Positions 43,315 through 57,025 of a stretch of DNA of 64,000 nt are shown one piece after another (positions within the stretch are counted from its first letter, which is position 1; every line of letters begins with the position of its first letter). Made by a program: the position numbers and the translations under genes. This DNA comes from Yuukianura sp. NJ FZ-2021 (Eukaryota): contig CM102288.1 in NCBI GenBank assembly GCA_046563655.1, forward strand, positions 2,170,001 to 2,234,000, given 5' to 3'. A model generated the notes under the pieces. That model was not told the DNA's origin. It searched no databases and saw only the letters and a list, made by a program, of their open reading frames with translations.

Positions 43315-46235
43315 ATGTCTGGATTTCCTCGGAAGACACTGGAACCTGCAGCAGTTCGTAGAAAACCTTCTCTCACTGGACTCACCAGTGGGTGTCAACA
43401 AATGGCTGGACTTTACGATCTGGAAGAGACCTTGGGCAAAGGTCATTTTGCAGTTGTGAAAGCAGCTAGGTATGATTCATAACTCAGAGATTGTAATTGA
43501 CCTGAACTAGTACCTAACACAATTTTTTTTTTACTTACAGACATGTCTTCACTGGTGAGAAAGTTGCAGTGAAAGTAATCGACAAATCAAAACTGGATGC
43601 TGCTCATCAGAAGTCACTATTGAAGGAAGTTCTATGCATGAAGTTAGTACAGCATCCGCATGTCGTTCGACTCTACGAAGTCATTGACACGAGCACTAAA
43701 CTCTACCTCGTCCTTGAACTTGGACATGGGGATCTCTATGATCTCATTCAACGCCAGCAAGGTATTTTCATCTTTGTAAATGCTTCATTTTTTCGAAAAA
43801 TTAAAGTTGAGCGGACATCCGACACACACAGTGGATTCGTGGTATAATCCCTCTGGTTTTGTCATAGGAGGTCTTCCGGAGGACTTAGCTCGGAAGTATT
43901 TTTGTCAAATCCTCTCTGCTGTCTCATATTGCCATAAGCTCCATGTGGTACACCGTGACCTCAAAGTACGTCTAAGCTTTGCAATGAAAATTGAAAATTC
44001 ATCACTAAAAGCGAAATTCTAAATTTTGTTTTTATGATTTCCAGCCGGAGAATGTAGTTTTCTTTCCGAATTCGGACGGAGGTCAAGTCAAGCTCACAGA
44101 TTTTGGCTTCTCAAATAACTACAGCCCGGGAGTCAAGTTAGCCACTTCTTGTGGGTCGCTTGCTTATTCTGCCCCTGAAATTTTACTCGGTGACCCCTAT
44201 GACCCAGCTGCCATTGGTAAGTGGGAGTACTTGATATTTAACATTTTTACTTGAATATCTCAAGTAGTATTTAACTTGAATTGCTCATTTTTTGTTTCTA
44301 AAAATAGACATTTGGTCGCTGGGTGTGATCCTGTATATGCTCGTTGCCGGTCGAGCGCCATTTCAAGAGGCCAATGACTCAGAGACTTTGACGATGATAA
44401 TGGATGTAAAATACTCAATACCTCCGCACGTTACATCCATTCCGTGTAGAGAATTAATCAGATCAATGTTGGTGCGTGGTCCAGAGAATCGGGCATCTCT
44501 GGACCAGATAGAGCGAAGCAAATGGATACAAGAAGGTGGAAACTACAAAATCCTGACGAGTCAAAAGACGCCGGTAAGGACTCAAATCTAATGGAAGCAA
44601 TTTAGTGCTACTAATTAACCAATTGTGTAGTTTAATTGTTTGGTTCTATTTCACTAGCTAATCGTTGACCACCGTCTAACTCCAGAGGAAAAGAACAAGA
44701 TCATTGGGCAAATGGAGGCGGGGCATATTGCCACAAGAGAGCAAATAAAAGAGTAAGTTTAAAAAAAAGCATCCAAAGCTATAACTTTAGAACTTTTTTT
44801 TAGAACAAACTTAATTTGTGTTTTTTTTTTTGTGTGTATCAGGGCTCTGGAGCTGAACGCTTATAATCACATTACATCAACCTTCTACTTACTGGCAGAG
44901 AAACACTTGAGAGAGCGAAACACGTTTCCTGGCACGCCGTCAGCTCTGACCTCAAGTCTAGAATCCCTCCACGAACGTCGAAAAAGTTCCGGCGGTGGAC
45001 ATTCGGGTAAATACGTCAACGTTGTACTGACGTTTGCTCCAGATTTGCTTATAATTGAGCAATACTCGTTTTGTTTCAAAATGTAATTTGATTTTCATTT
45101 GTAATTTGATGTTAACAGGGACATCAGATACAGATGACGGTCTCCCATCCGAAACAGAAGACTCATTGGCTCCTTTAGATTTGGAAATGAAGAACGCATC
45201 TCCCTCGACGTCACTTGCAGTCAAGAAGGCTGGAAGAATTCACACGGCGCTGAGCTCCTCTGCCCTTTCCGATTTGGAGAAAGGACTCCAACTTCCTGTT
45301 CTCGAAGAAAATGAAGACTCTATTGGAAGTAGAGAGGAGGGTAAGTGACCTTGAAGCTCTCACAAACTTTCCATAATCAAATCTCACTCAACATCGAGAC
45401 TATTTTCTGCACATTGACAGATGACAACGCTGGTCCCCTTCCGCCCTCGTCACTTCCTTCCTCAACGTCACATCATCGTCGACGTGCTCCCTACCACCAT
45501 CGTCGTGTCATCATTCCCCAACGATCTGCTAGTTGTTCTTCTAGTGAAGACGAAGACTCTGAAAAGAAGAAACGAGCAAATCGGAGCAAAATCAAAGTCA
45601 AACATGTGAGCGAGTGTGTTACAAAGAAGATTTTTGATGACGAGTCATCCGATGAACAAGGGAATGGCACAGGCGCTGGAAGTCTGGGCCTTGGACTGTC
45701 CTTGGCAACTGGAGGTGGCACGTCGTCTGCCACTGGTGGCAGCAGTAGTCATGGCGGCAATCCAGAAATTACATATTCACCTCCCCATGGCTCATCTGAT
45801 CCCTGTGACTCTTACATTACGATTACCCCGGCAGAAGATGACGACGGAGGAGAAGATGGAGTACCTGAGTCAAGCAATCACCTACGACTGAGTACGAGCT
45901 ACAAGAATGGCTACACTTCTGATCCAGATCGACACTCTTGTAGTGACTTAGCTTATGCCATAGAAGTTACAGAAGACTCTGATCATCGACCCCGTGAACA
46001 TCCTCCGACGGCTCTCAGTCTTGCCAAAAAAGGAAAAAAGTTCTTCTTCAGTTGGTTTTTCCTGAAGAAGAAAAACAAAGGAAGAGTCGAAGCTGAGGCC
46101 AGCTCTCCCTCTACTTCCGTTCGGATATACAAAACGAAGAGTTTCGCTGAACTGAAACTACGCTCGTCATCAGCAGCGGCCGGTGGATCTAACAAAACAA
46201 ATCCAAACTCCATGGATGTCAATATGAATTTGTAG
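43315..46235 (+). CDS. SNRK: SNF-related serine/threonine kinase
   Basis: [136 protein letters not shown]. Confidence 0.95.
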
Positions 46236-47606
46236 ACTAAATTGTGTTTTTTGTTTTGGTTTTTCTGTTATTTTTTAAAAATCGAGATAGTCCGACGACC
46301 CGAAATTACCTCAACATAGTATTTACGTAGTGTCCGAAGACTTCTTCCGGTAAACAATATCCAGATAGCATTTAACTTTAAAAGTGGACAGAGTATATGT
46401 GACATGACAAAGATTACAAAGTGACATCATCCAGTTTCTCACTTTCCTTAGCCTAGTCAACAAGGATTCCCGTGTGGACAAATGTACCCTTGACCTCTGA
46501 CCTTATCATTAAAATTAAGTTCAAAACCTGTAATAAGTTAACTGTCGTAAATCGCGTTAAACCATCAAATGACAGTTTGAAACAAGCCAACAAAATGTGT
46601 TTAGATTTTTTTGAAAGTGAAATCAATAAAAATAGGACGTACTGCTAAAGTTAAAACTAATACTAAACGCAATTACATTGATTTCTATTAGATTTTTTTT
46701 TAGACAAAATCGACACTGAAACGAAATTATCAAGTGAAGGCTTGTTCTAGACAAGTTGACTAAAAATCATTATTTTAGACAGAGCTAGCATGAGTGACTT
46801 TTGTTGAAGTTAAATTAGGTGTTAGTTTTAAGTGAGATGTTAATTAGTAGTTAATTGGGAAGCTGATTAATTTGCAACAGTATTTTGAAGCTGATAAGGA
46901 TAACATGGCGACAAAGGCAATCCTTCAGTCTTCAGTGAGAAAATGCGAAAGTTCATTTACCCGGCCTTTTGAAATTGCAAAGGAATTTCTTGAAAACAGA
47001 AAGAAAAAAAGTTTTCATAATAACAAATGGTATTGTATCCATTTGTGAAAACTGAAAACCTTGATTAGTAATTGAAAACTTAACAGATTTGAAACCAATT
47101 AACTAACTAACAATACTGGACACCAGTTGACCTCTCAAACCTGGAGTTTTGCTGTTAGAATCCAATTCGTCGTCCTATACGAAGACGAAATCAGGTGAAA
47201 GCTTTGGATAAACAACTCTGTCTTTTTTGACAGGTAACGCTCTAAAAATTTTTATTAGAAGCCTACTGCCTACAGTAATTAATTTCTTGAGCAATTGAAT
47301 GTAATTACTTATTTAATTAACGAGATTGCGCATCGGACATCTGAAAAACGTTTTTGAAACTTCGATTTGTAAGATTCATAAAATCGAACGGAGGAGAAGA
47401 GTTGCAGAGGACTTTTTTCGGATTTGGCTTTTGGAATTCATAAATTGCGAAAAATGTAACGGAACCGATTGCCCGGATGTTGTAGGTGAGTGATACTGCA
47501 TCAAATTAATCGTGATCTTAATGCTAAACTTAATTTTGAGTAATGTTTTAGATGTAGGGGCATCGCTCAAAAACTGAACCGGTCAATACCCTCCTCCCTG
47601 GATGTT

Positions 47607-50360
47607 ATGATGATGATGGCCGACGGGCTTTTGGGTCCTTGTTCGGACCAAGTAATAGAAGGAGTAACTGTCCGAGTAGAATCGGACACCGAACTGGATG
47701 AAGATGTCAACTACCCCGGCATGTCCAACGGTTATTCAAATGGCAGTAATCAGCATATGGACCATCATGACGACTACGAGTTTGACATCGAAGAAGAAAT
47801 CGTCGAGACGTTGAACGGCCCACATCAATTTAGCACCACTTCTGCGGCATGTGCCAATTGCAGTATGTCGTTCTTTGACCCGATCGGTAACCCTGTCCAC
47901 AATCCAATCTACTTCATGTGCCTGGATGCTGGGTCAAATGAAGCCATTCAAATCTCATCTGTAATTCACATTCTCTTTGCTAAGAAGTTGGCAAGATGTC
48001 CAAAGCCTTCGTCGGACTTGGCTCTCTGTGCTACTTGTGCTGAAGTTGTGGCCAGAATGTATCAACTGTATCGAGAGCTCGACAGTCTCTCAGCGATCAA
48101 TTCTTACATCAATTCCTTCCAAGGTGATATCAACCTTTTCTTACCAACCTCCGAGTCGAGTATTACTAATAGTAACTCGTCAGTTAACTATAATTACGCC
48201 CATTATGAAGATTCTATTAGCGCTGTCATTAGTGGAGAAACTGGAACCAGCAGCAGCAGTTCGTCGGAGCTGACCGTGCCAACGCCGGAAGTCACTGCAG
48301 GGACCACCACTACCAACATCCAATGTAATGGAGGGCTGCCTAAAGTGGATCAGAAACCTGCGCCGCTACCAGAGCCACCACCGTTGACCCTTGCATCATA
48401 CTACGGAACGCCAAGGTCAACTTTGTTCTCTACGCAGGAACTAATTGACAAGAAAGTGTACGCTCATGGAATCGGTTTGGCCCAACCTAATAAACCGAAG
48501 ATTGAAATCGATGAACTTCTGAACTCAATTGCTCTTTCAAACACTTCGTCACATATTGCCGCCAATTCTCAATATGGCGTCCAAGTCCAGCAGCAACCGG
48601 TGCAACAATTACCACAACTTGCCAATACCGTACCAGAAGAGACTCAGCAACAGCAAGATCAAGGTCCGCCGCAACTGCAACGCAAAACACCAAAACGTAA
48701 GAAAAACGTTCAAGAATCGTCGGATGACAGTTTGATTCCAGGAGATCTACCCAATGCATCTAGCTTGCCGATGGAGCAGGACAGTATTCGTCCTCCAAAT
48801 AATACTGGAACGACCTCTCCAGATGAAAAAGGACGTCGTCAATTACATTGTCCAGAAGAAGGTTGTTCAAAAGTTTATACTGGACGAGGTGCCAGAGCCA
48901 GTCTGCGCCAGCATATCAAAATCCATCACTTGAAGCAGTTTCCATTTCAGTGCAATGTCTGTTTGAAACCAATTGCAACAAAGGCCGTCCTGGACACACA
49001 CGCCAAAACACGTAAGTTCTAAATTAATTGTAATTAACGTAAGTTATTCTTGAATTAATTGTGTTATTTTTAGATTTGAGCATCGGTGAGAGAGCTGCCC
49101 TTTCAAATAGTACTCCCATTAGTACACGAATGCCTACGCCTCCGCGCCAAGCGCCACCTCCAGAACCACTTCCAAGCAATCCATGTCCAGAATGTGGCAA
49201 AGTATTTCAAACAGAGTGTAAGTATAAACTGTTTTAATTAATTACTAATTAGTTAAGTAATTGGAGACATAATAAATTAATAAATAGAGTTTACCTTCTT
49301 TTTTTTACAGATATTTTATCTCTCCATATCAAGAACTATCACAAAGAATTAGGCGATGAGCCAATCATGTTCAAATGTGAATATGAGGACTGCACAAAAC
49401 AATTTCGCGACAGAACAGGCCTTCGACGACATGAGCAGCGACATGTCGCCAGCAATACCCATCAGGTTGTGGACATCGTCTGTTCTCGTTGTTCCTTGCG
49501 TTTTGAGTCCAGAAAGTTATTGAAGGAACATCAACTCAGTTGTTCTGCACCGTCAAATCCAAATGAACGTCAACTCCCCTGTAAATTTTCGGACAATTGC
49601 AAACGAACCTTCAAGTACAAACATCATCTTCAGGTGAGCAATTGCAAGTGAAACTAATTTAAAATTGTCTTACTTAATTAAGCGTCTATTTCACTGATTT
49701 CAGAACCATCTAATGTTTCAACACAAGCTGAGTCCAGAAGAAGCTCGACAAGAAGTATATCCTGGCCTCGCCGTGAAAGATTGGATGGTGTCACCCCGAA
49801 AAGGTCAAAGGTCACCCGCGAAACAAGTTGATCGCACCATTCAGCGTTCTGAAAAGCAAGTTTCCGTTAATCATGAAGCCGTCCAGCCTCCTCCTCCCCC
49901 TCCTCCATACTCCCTAGCAATCCAGTTCCAAACGCAACAGCAAGGAATTAGCCACCAGAATCCATCTCTGAACGACCTGCGCTCTCTTCCTTCCATCGAC
50001 ACAAGAACGTTCGACCAGCCTCAATTGGTAATCAACAAAGGCCAAGATGGCTACTCCTACATTCAGTATCAACATCACAGCATGGGAACAACCAATCAGG
50101 ATCAAGCATTCTTGTTCCAACGACAAAACATGGTTGGAATTACTAAAACAGTGATACAGGAACCTGGAGCAGCCCAGACGCAGTACCAAACCCTTCAAAA
50201 TGCCTTGCAGTCACTGCCGACCGTAATTCACCAAAATCCGAGCGTAATTCAACAGAATCCGACATTCTTTCAAAACAGTCGCCCCGCCTCTTCGGCTCCA
50301 CAAAATGATGAAAGTGGACGAAGTTCGGTGAGCGGTGTTTCTCCAATGGATATCCAATGA
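47607..50360 (+). CDS. C2H2 zinc-finger transcription factor with an N-terminal ZAD-like CxxC...CxxC module
   Basis: CANC...LCATCAEVVARMYQLYREL near the N-terminus; multiple C2H2 fingers (CPEEGC..H..H, CNVC..H, CPEC, CEYEDC..H, CSRC, CKFSDNC); Q/P-rich tail; four exons. Confidence 0.8.
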
Positions 50361-50742
50361 ACTTAGGTTACAACACTTTGGGTTTACAGTAATAATGGTT
50401 AATTATTGGGTTAATTAAGAATAATCTAATTTTATAGCTTTAGCTAAAAATTAACTACTTATCTATAAAGTGCAGTGTGTAATATTTTCAAGTTTCAAGA
50501 GGGTATTTATTATCATGCGTTTTTTCTTTCGGAAATGAATGTTTGCGTTTTACTTTAAATAAATCGTGGGGATTTAAATTTTAAGATTGATTTAATCAAA
50601 AAGCGGAAATGTCACAAATTACATTGATAATTATGCGTTTAGAAAAGAGCCCTTACACTGTATCAATCAATTGAATTAGAGCAACAGATTATCTAATACT
50701 GTAATACTGTATAAAGAAGAAATTACATGAATGTTTAGTTTT

Positions 50743-51322
50743 TTAATGGCGACTGACGTCCCGCTGTCTGTAGATGATTCCACGACTCTTCATTTCCCGT
50801 TGGATTCCCATTGGCAGTTTTCCGGAAACTGAGATCGCATAAACCCCTTTGGTAAATCGGCCTAATAAAAAAACGAAAAGTGAACACACGAATCGATTTT
50901 TAGGAAAACGGAAAAACAATTCCATTTACCAATTCTTTGCCATTTGCAGACCCAACTCTCCTCCGGATTCACGACAGCAATCATTCTAAGGAACGAAATT
51001 AGAATCAATTAAATATTATTCGAAATTGAATTTCAAACAAAACCATTATACGTCATAGTTCATACCCGTCAAAGTTAGCACTAGTACACGCGTAAACATT
51101 CTCACGATTGTTTCGTATGCGCAGGAAGTCATCACAGTTCTCACATCCATCGAATTCGAACTGGTCAAAAGTCTAAATAAAAAGAAACGATTATTTTTCA
51201 AACAAGGGTACTCTATATAAGTCCATGTTAAATTTACGTCCAGTTGTTTCTCAAATTACCTTTATAAGCGAACAGACCAAACAAGCCCTTAGATTACGTA
51301 AGTCCTTCGGTACAGTCTCCAT
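50743..51322 (-). CDS. SPT4: Transcription elongation factor SPT4
   Basis: [81 protein letters not shown] across four exons. Confidence 0.96.
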
Positions 51323-52491
51323 AATGTAAACGCGAGCGACTTACTACACTAACAATGAAGTTTAATTAACTAATTGAGATTACTAAACTGCTGACGCTGA
51401 GCAAGAATAACGTTGGAAGCTAAAGTGAAAATGTAGTACATAAATTATTTTTTGTTTTTTTTGTTGAAAAATTAAAAACTTTGAGTTCAAATTCTGCTGT
51501 TTCCGTGTTCCCGCTTTTTCTTTCAAACTTTTTGTTTTGTATCATACGCAGATCTACGACTAAAATGTGTAAACAATAATGATTCACAAAATGTATTGTA
51601 CCTTTTAATTGTTAATTAATTATTTTAATTAGTTAACAAACCCATTAAGTTTATTTACACATTGTGTTGCTATCGAACGCGAGTGATATCATCGTTTGAA
51701 GCTATGGTCAAATCCTAAAATTTGCAAATCCTTACCCCATTTCCTCTTATTTTATTTCTGCAAACTGATAATTGGCAATCATCCGGATTTATTTCTTCCG
51801 TTTGCGTTGGTGTATGAGGTCAATGAAGTAGAAATTTTTTTTTGGAAGGATAAAACTAGTAAGTGCTAAAAATCTGTTATGTGAAAGTTATGCTTGAGGA
51901 AAGGGAAAGCCAAAGCGGATGTTTTTGGAAAAGATTCATTTTGAAAGAGGAAGATGCTTATAAAAAATTTTTTACACTCCTCCTCCAACTAACTCTTAAG
52001 AACTTGTTCCATTTGCAAAAATTTTGTAAAGATTAGAAGGGAGTTTTGGATTTTTGGCTGCAGGATAAAAATAGGATTTTTTAAAAGAATGTTTTTGCAT
52101 AAACATTTTCAAAAGTGGAACTCGTTCATCTTGGTGGAGGCGCCTTATAGCTTTAGTTTTTGCAGCAGCAGAAACTGAAAGTGCTAAAAAGTTTATTTTC
52201 ATGTCAGAGTCGCTTTTGCAGTGACGAAGAAAAGTAATAAAAAAAACCGAATTTTGTGCCAACCGGAGAAGACAGAGGGGCACACGGGTAAAGAAAAAAC
52301 TAAACTGGGCCAAAAATTGTCGTCATTCAACCCAGTAGTTGTTCGTGATTGGTAGATTTTTTAGAATCTGAGTAAAAACTAACGACACTTGCCCACTGTG
52401 CTGTTTCTGATTGAAGTTGGAATAATAATTAAAGTTAGTTGATGATTTTTGTGAAGCCAATTAACAATTAACGCCAAGTTAAGTAAAGACT

Positions 52492-55288
52492 ATGCCAGTA
52501 CAACCGAAGAAAGTAGCAGAAGAGAAACCAAAGCCATCATGGGTCAAGGACACCAGTATCCACCCGTCTCCCGTCAGAAAAGTCAAGACGCCACCGTCAT
52601 CCATAGCAAAACAAGTAAACTACTTAATTAATTTATTAATTGTGTTAGATTTAATTAATTTTTAACTTAACTAAGCTAAATAGTTAACAATTAATTTAGA
52701 TATAGCCTTATAACTACTAGAACAAGGTCATGCCCAAAATTTTACCAAAAAGTAATATCATAATATCCAAGCTGCTTAAACTGCACAAAACTGCAAACTT
52801 TTCTAGCTTAAACTGGACTAATCCGCATTTTACTTATGGCGCTTAGTTCGTCAATTTTCAACTAATAACGTTGTGATTAATTTGACTTTTAGCAGGGAGA
52901 AGCCGACGTTCCGTGGCGGAAACCAAACCTGCGCAAAACGAATCCCGACCCACCGCCCTTATTGCCAGAGCCACCAAAACCCGAACCCAAACCAGAATGG
53001 GCCAGTCGAGAAAAAGTGATTCTGAAGCCACCTCCAGAAAAAACAGTCAAAATCCCAATTGCAATTGAATCCACCACCGACGAAGCTGAGCCACCACAGT
53101 TATTGAAGAAACTCAAAAGCGTCCCACCAGCAGCCACCATGACGAACGGAAAGCCACCACCTCCTCCTCCCCCGCCAGGTCCTGGCCCACCACCTCCACC
53201 TCCTCCGCCTGGACCCGGATTTGCCAAACCTCCGATCCCAAGTAAGTTTTCCATCAAACTAAGCATAGTTATTATTATATTAATTAATTTATAATATATT
53301 AATTTAGGTAAAGTGACGACGCCAGAACAACAAGAAAAATTGGACGCTTTGAGGAAAATGGCTCGTCGTCGACCTGACCCCTACAAATTGATGGCCGAAA
53401 TCCAAAGCGGCAAAAAATTGAAACACGTCGAGTGTAACGACCGGTCACGCCCGATAATTCCCCGCATGAAATCACTCGGCAAGGTTCGTAATGTATTGTG
53501 TCGTCGTCCTCGTCACAGACATTTTGAAATTTTGATTTTTGAAAGTTTTCAAAATTTTGATCTTTTTTTATATAGTTCGTTTTTGATTCTGAAGCCAAAC
53601 CGGCAACAAAAACGGATGCAATTCACAACAAGCTTCTGAATGATATTCAGCAAGGAGTCAGATTGAAGAAAGTGCAGACAAACGATCGCAGTAAACCAAA
53701 TTTGCAAGGTAATTTGGTTTCAAATTCTAAAGGTCACAAGGTCAAATTTTGAACAAAAAGGTTAAAGGTCATCGAAAAAATTCTTGTTCGAAAATTTTTA
53801 ATTTGACCTAAAATTGGACTAACGTTGTCTAGGACTTCGGAAATTTCGAAAACAGGCGACAATTGACGAACAGAAAGGAAGTGGTTCTGGAACACCCGAA
53901 ATCAGTACAACTCCAGCAGCATTTCCAGTAGCACTGGCAGACGAAATTGATGACATTGACATCTTGAGAGACGATTTGCAATCAACTAAGCAAATGCTGG
54001 AACTGGAACTGCAAGCTAAAGTTCAACTGGGCAAGGTCAACCAAGACCTTCAGTGCCAAATCATCACCCTGGAAGCTGAAATGGACAAATTGAAAGCCCA
54101 ACTCGGAATTATTCCAGAGAATCAAGTGTCCGCCATTGTACGAAGAAATTCTAGAGCGTTTAAGGATCTGCGCAAGTCAAAATCCGGGTTGTACAGATCC
54201 ACTTCTGGAGTTAAAAAGTCTAAATCTGGAGTAGGGGGCGGAGTAGTCAGCGCCCCGGAACCGGAAGATGACATTGAAGAGGTCAATGAACTCGAGGAAG
54301 AGGTCACGGCACTCAAGGTTTGCTCGAAATTTTGAAAATTTTGAAAAATGTCATTTCAAATTTTGAAAATATTTAAAGGGCCTTGTTCAACTTGCACGAA
54401 CGAGCGCTGAAGATTGGGAAGCGAAGTACAAGGAAGCAAGTCAAAAACTGCTTGTGGCACAAGGTGAAATTGGAAAATTAAATTTCGGAAATTTGAAAAA
54501 TCCTTGAAAATTTTTTGATTTTTTTAGGAAACCTTGAGGATTCGGAACAAAAGAGGGCTTTGTTAGAAAAGAAGCTGGAGCTTGCACAGCGTCGCAAGGG
54601 GCTGTCAGCAGTAAATACAATTGAAAAAACGACGCAAACGGAAGAGCAAGTCGTCACAGCTCCCACGGATCGTCGTGCGTCAAAACAGTTACGCGGAACG
54701 TCATTCTGCGCAGGCGATTCAGAATCGGAAGAAGAATCGTCTGATGTTGAACTAAGCGAAGAAGAACTAGAAAAGAAACGACAAGAACGCGAACTAAAAC
54801 TATGGGAAAACAAGTTGAAAAGTTTCAAAGAAAAGCAAAGTGCAGCCAAGACTGAGCGGAAGGCCCTTAAGGGCTCACAGAAAAAAATGGAATTGGAACT
54901 GAAAGAGGCCAAAGTTCGACACAAGGAACTCCAGAAAGAAGTGGATAAAATGTCAAAGGCCATGGCAGAAGATGAAGATGAAGAGGAGGAAGAAGCGGAG
55001 GATGAGGAGGAGGAGGAGGAAGAATCTTCATCTGAGGAGGAGGAAGAGGAGGAGGAGGAGGAAGAGAGTTCATCTGAAGAGGAGGATGACCCGGCAGGAG
55101 GTCATGAGGATCGTGTGGTCCTGTATACAAAGAGGGTCAAACGACATGAGAATATTTTAAATGCACTTAGAAAAGGAAATTACTTGCTCAAAGCCAACAT
55201 TGATCGATTGATGGACGATTTAGAGGAAGTGCGAATTCGGTACTTGGAGTTGGAACATGAATTGAATACTGTTTTGGCTTTGACTTGA
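52492..55288 (+). CDS. sals: Sarcomere length short (SALS)-like actin regulator: poly-proline, tandem WH2 domains, coiled coil, acidic region
   Basis: PPPPPPPGPGPPPPPPP tract; WH2-1 LMAEIQSGKKLKHVECNDRSRP; WH2-2 HNKLLNDIQQGVRLKKVQTNDRSKP, followed by GLRKFRKQ and LRDDLQSTKQMLELEL, which match SALS. Confidence 0.88.
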
Positions 55289-55584
55289 ACATGTTTGTTC
55301 AAAATACGCATCTTTTGTTTTAAAAAATTCAAAGATTCTAAAAGCTTATGGGCTGCTTATTGAAAGTGTGACTTTGAAACTGTAATTTTTTGAGAAAAAT
55401 GAATAAACGTCGCTTAGAAAAAAAATGGTTCAAGGTACAATACAAGGCGAAGAATTTAAAAGATACTTGAAACGGAGTTGAAGCTGCGCAAGCAAAAATA
55501 AATTTTGATTAATGCAGTAATATTTACATTTATGTATAATTATTATATAAATGATTATTCATAAATAATTATCATATAAATAAT

Positions 55585-56815
55585 TATTAAGTAGCGAAAG
55601 TATGAGCTACTTTATGTTTTTCCCCGAGTCTGTCCGTCTGTCCGTCTGTCCGTCCGTCTGCTGGTCAAGCTAGCTCTGGAACCGCTGGACCGATTTCCAA
55701 TCTGTCTTCACAGATGAACTTGACATGGTCTGGGGGTAAACAATCGGTGACCTGTTTGACCGGAAGTAGACCCCTTAAGGTTCAAAGGTCAAGGTCAAGT
55801 ACATCTTTGAAAGAAATCGAGAAAATGACCTCTACAAAAGTTGTTCATCTCATCGAACTGAACAACTTTTGTATAGGTGACCTTGACCTATAACCTGGGG
55901 TTCTGGAGATATAGACCTTAGAAGTTGGATAATGGGGTCGCTCGTGCTATTCGCGTCTATAACTCCAGAACCACTGGAGCGATTTTCAATCTGTCTTCAC
56001 ATTTCTACTTCATATATTTCAGGGGTGTCTAATCAGTATCCAGCTTGACCGGATGTTGTCCAGGTCCGGGTCAAAGGTCAAGGTCAAATACATTTTGGAC
56101 AGAAATCGAGAAAATGACCTCTTCAAAAGTTGTTCATCTCATCGAACTGAACAACTTTTGTATAGGTGACCTTGACCTATGACCTGGGGTTCTGGAGATA
56201 TAGACCTTAGAAGTTGGATAATGGGGTCGCTCGTGCTATTCGCGTCTATAACTCCAGAACCACTGGAGCGATTTTCAATCTGTCTTCACATTTCTACTTC
56301 ATATATTTCAGGGGTGTCTAATCAGTATCCAGCTTGACCGGATGTTGTCCAGGTCCGGGTCAAAGGTCAAGGTCAAATACATTTTGGACAGAAATCGAGA
56401 AAATGACCTCTACAAAAGTTGTTCATCTCATCGAGACGAACAACTTTTGTACGGGTGACCTTGACCTTTGACCTAGGGTTCTGGAGATATAGACTTTGGA
56501 AGTTGCATAATGGCGTCGCCCATGCTATTCGCGTCTATAACTCCAGAACCACTGGACCGATTGTCAATCTGTTTCCACATTTGCGTTTCACATATTCCAT
56601 GGGTGTCTAATCAGTGTCCAGCTTGACCGGAAGTTGTCCATGTCCAGGTCAAAGGTCAAGGTCAAATACTTTATTTACGGAAATCGCAAAAATGACTTCT
56701 ACAAAAGTTGTTTATCTCATTGGGCTGAACAACTTTTGTAAAGGTGACCTTGACCTTTGATCTACGGTTACAGAGATACAGACAATAGGATTTGCAAAAT
56801 TGCGTCCCTCGTCCT
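55585..56815 (+). mobile_element. Non-autonomous Helentron-type element (DINE-1/HINE-like) with central tandem repeats
   Basis: T-rich start; short inverted repeat AAGTAGC..GCTACTT; (GTCY)n microsatellite at ~55628-55660; then ~3.8 copies of a 289-bp unit containing GGTCAAAGGTCAAGGTCA and GTGACCTTGACC motifs. This architecture is established for DINE-1/HINE elements. No coding capacity. Confidence 0.8.
55675..56780. repeat. 289-bp tandem repeat, ~3.8 copies, each with an internal fold-back
   Basis: Landmark TCAAAGGTCAAGGTCAA at 55782, 56071, 56360, 56649 (spacing 289). Most units carry the inverted repeat AAAAGTTGTTCA..TGAACAACTTTT, flanked by inverted GGTCA arrays. Confidence 0.95.
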
Positions 56816-57025
56816 ACTCGGGGAAGCATGACCTACTTTATGTTTTCCCCCGAGTCTGGCTGTCTGTCTGTCTGTCCGTCTGCTTGTCTGCCTGTCTGTC
56901 CGTCTGCCTGTCTGCACTATAACTATCCTCCGAGACCCCTGGACCGATTTGCAATCTGTCTTCGTAAATCGGTTTGTCATAGCCTGGGGGTGATTAATAC
57001 GGCTCCGGTTTGACCGGATGTGCAC
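56816..57025 (+). mobile_element. Second, diverged HINE head fused directly behind the first element (truncated)
   Basis: GAAGCATGACCTACTTTATGTTTTCCCCCGAGTCTG is homologous to GAAAGTATGAGCTACTTTATGTTTTTCCCCGAGTCTG at ~55596. It is followed by a (TCTG/TCCG)n microsatellite and the first ~100 bp of a repeat unit. Confidence 0.75.

Noticed and set aside
54478..54963. Antisense ORFs over sals, SNRK, hamlet and mib2 exons
   Set aside because: Shadow frames of real coding exons.
55675..56780. Regularly spaced palindromic repeats as a CRISPR-like array
   Set aside because: The whole 289-bp unit repeats, there are no unique spacers or cas genes, and the context is eukaryotic.
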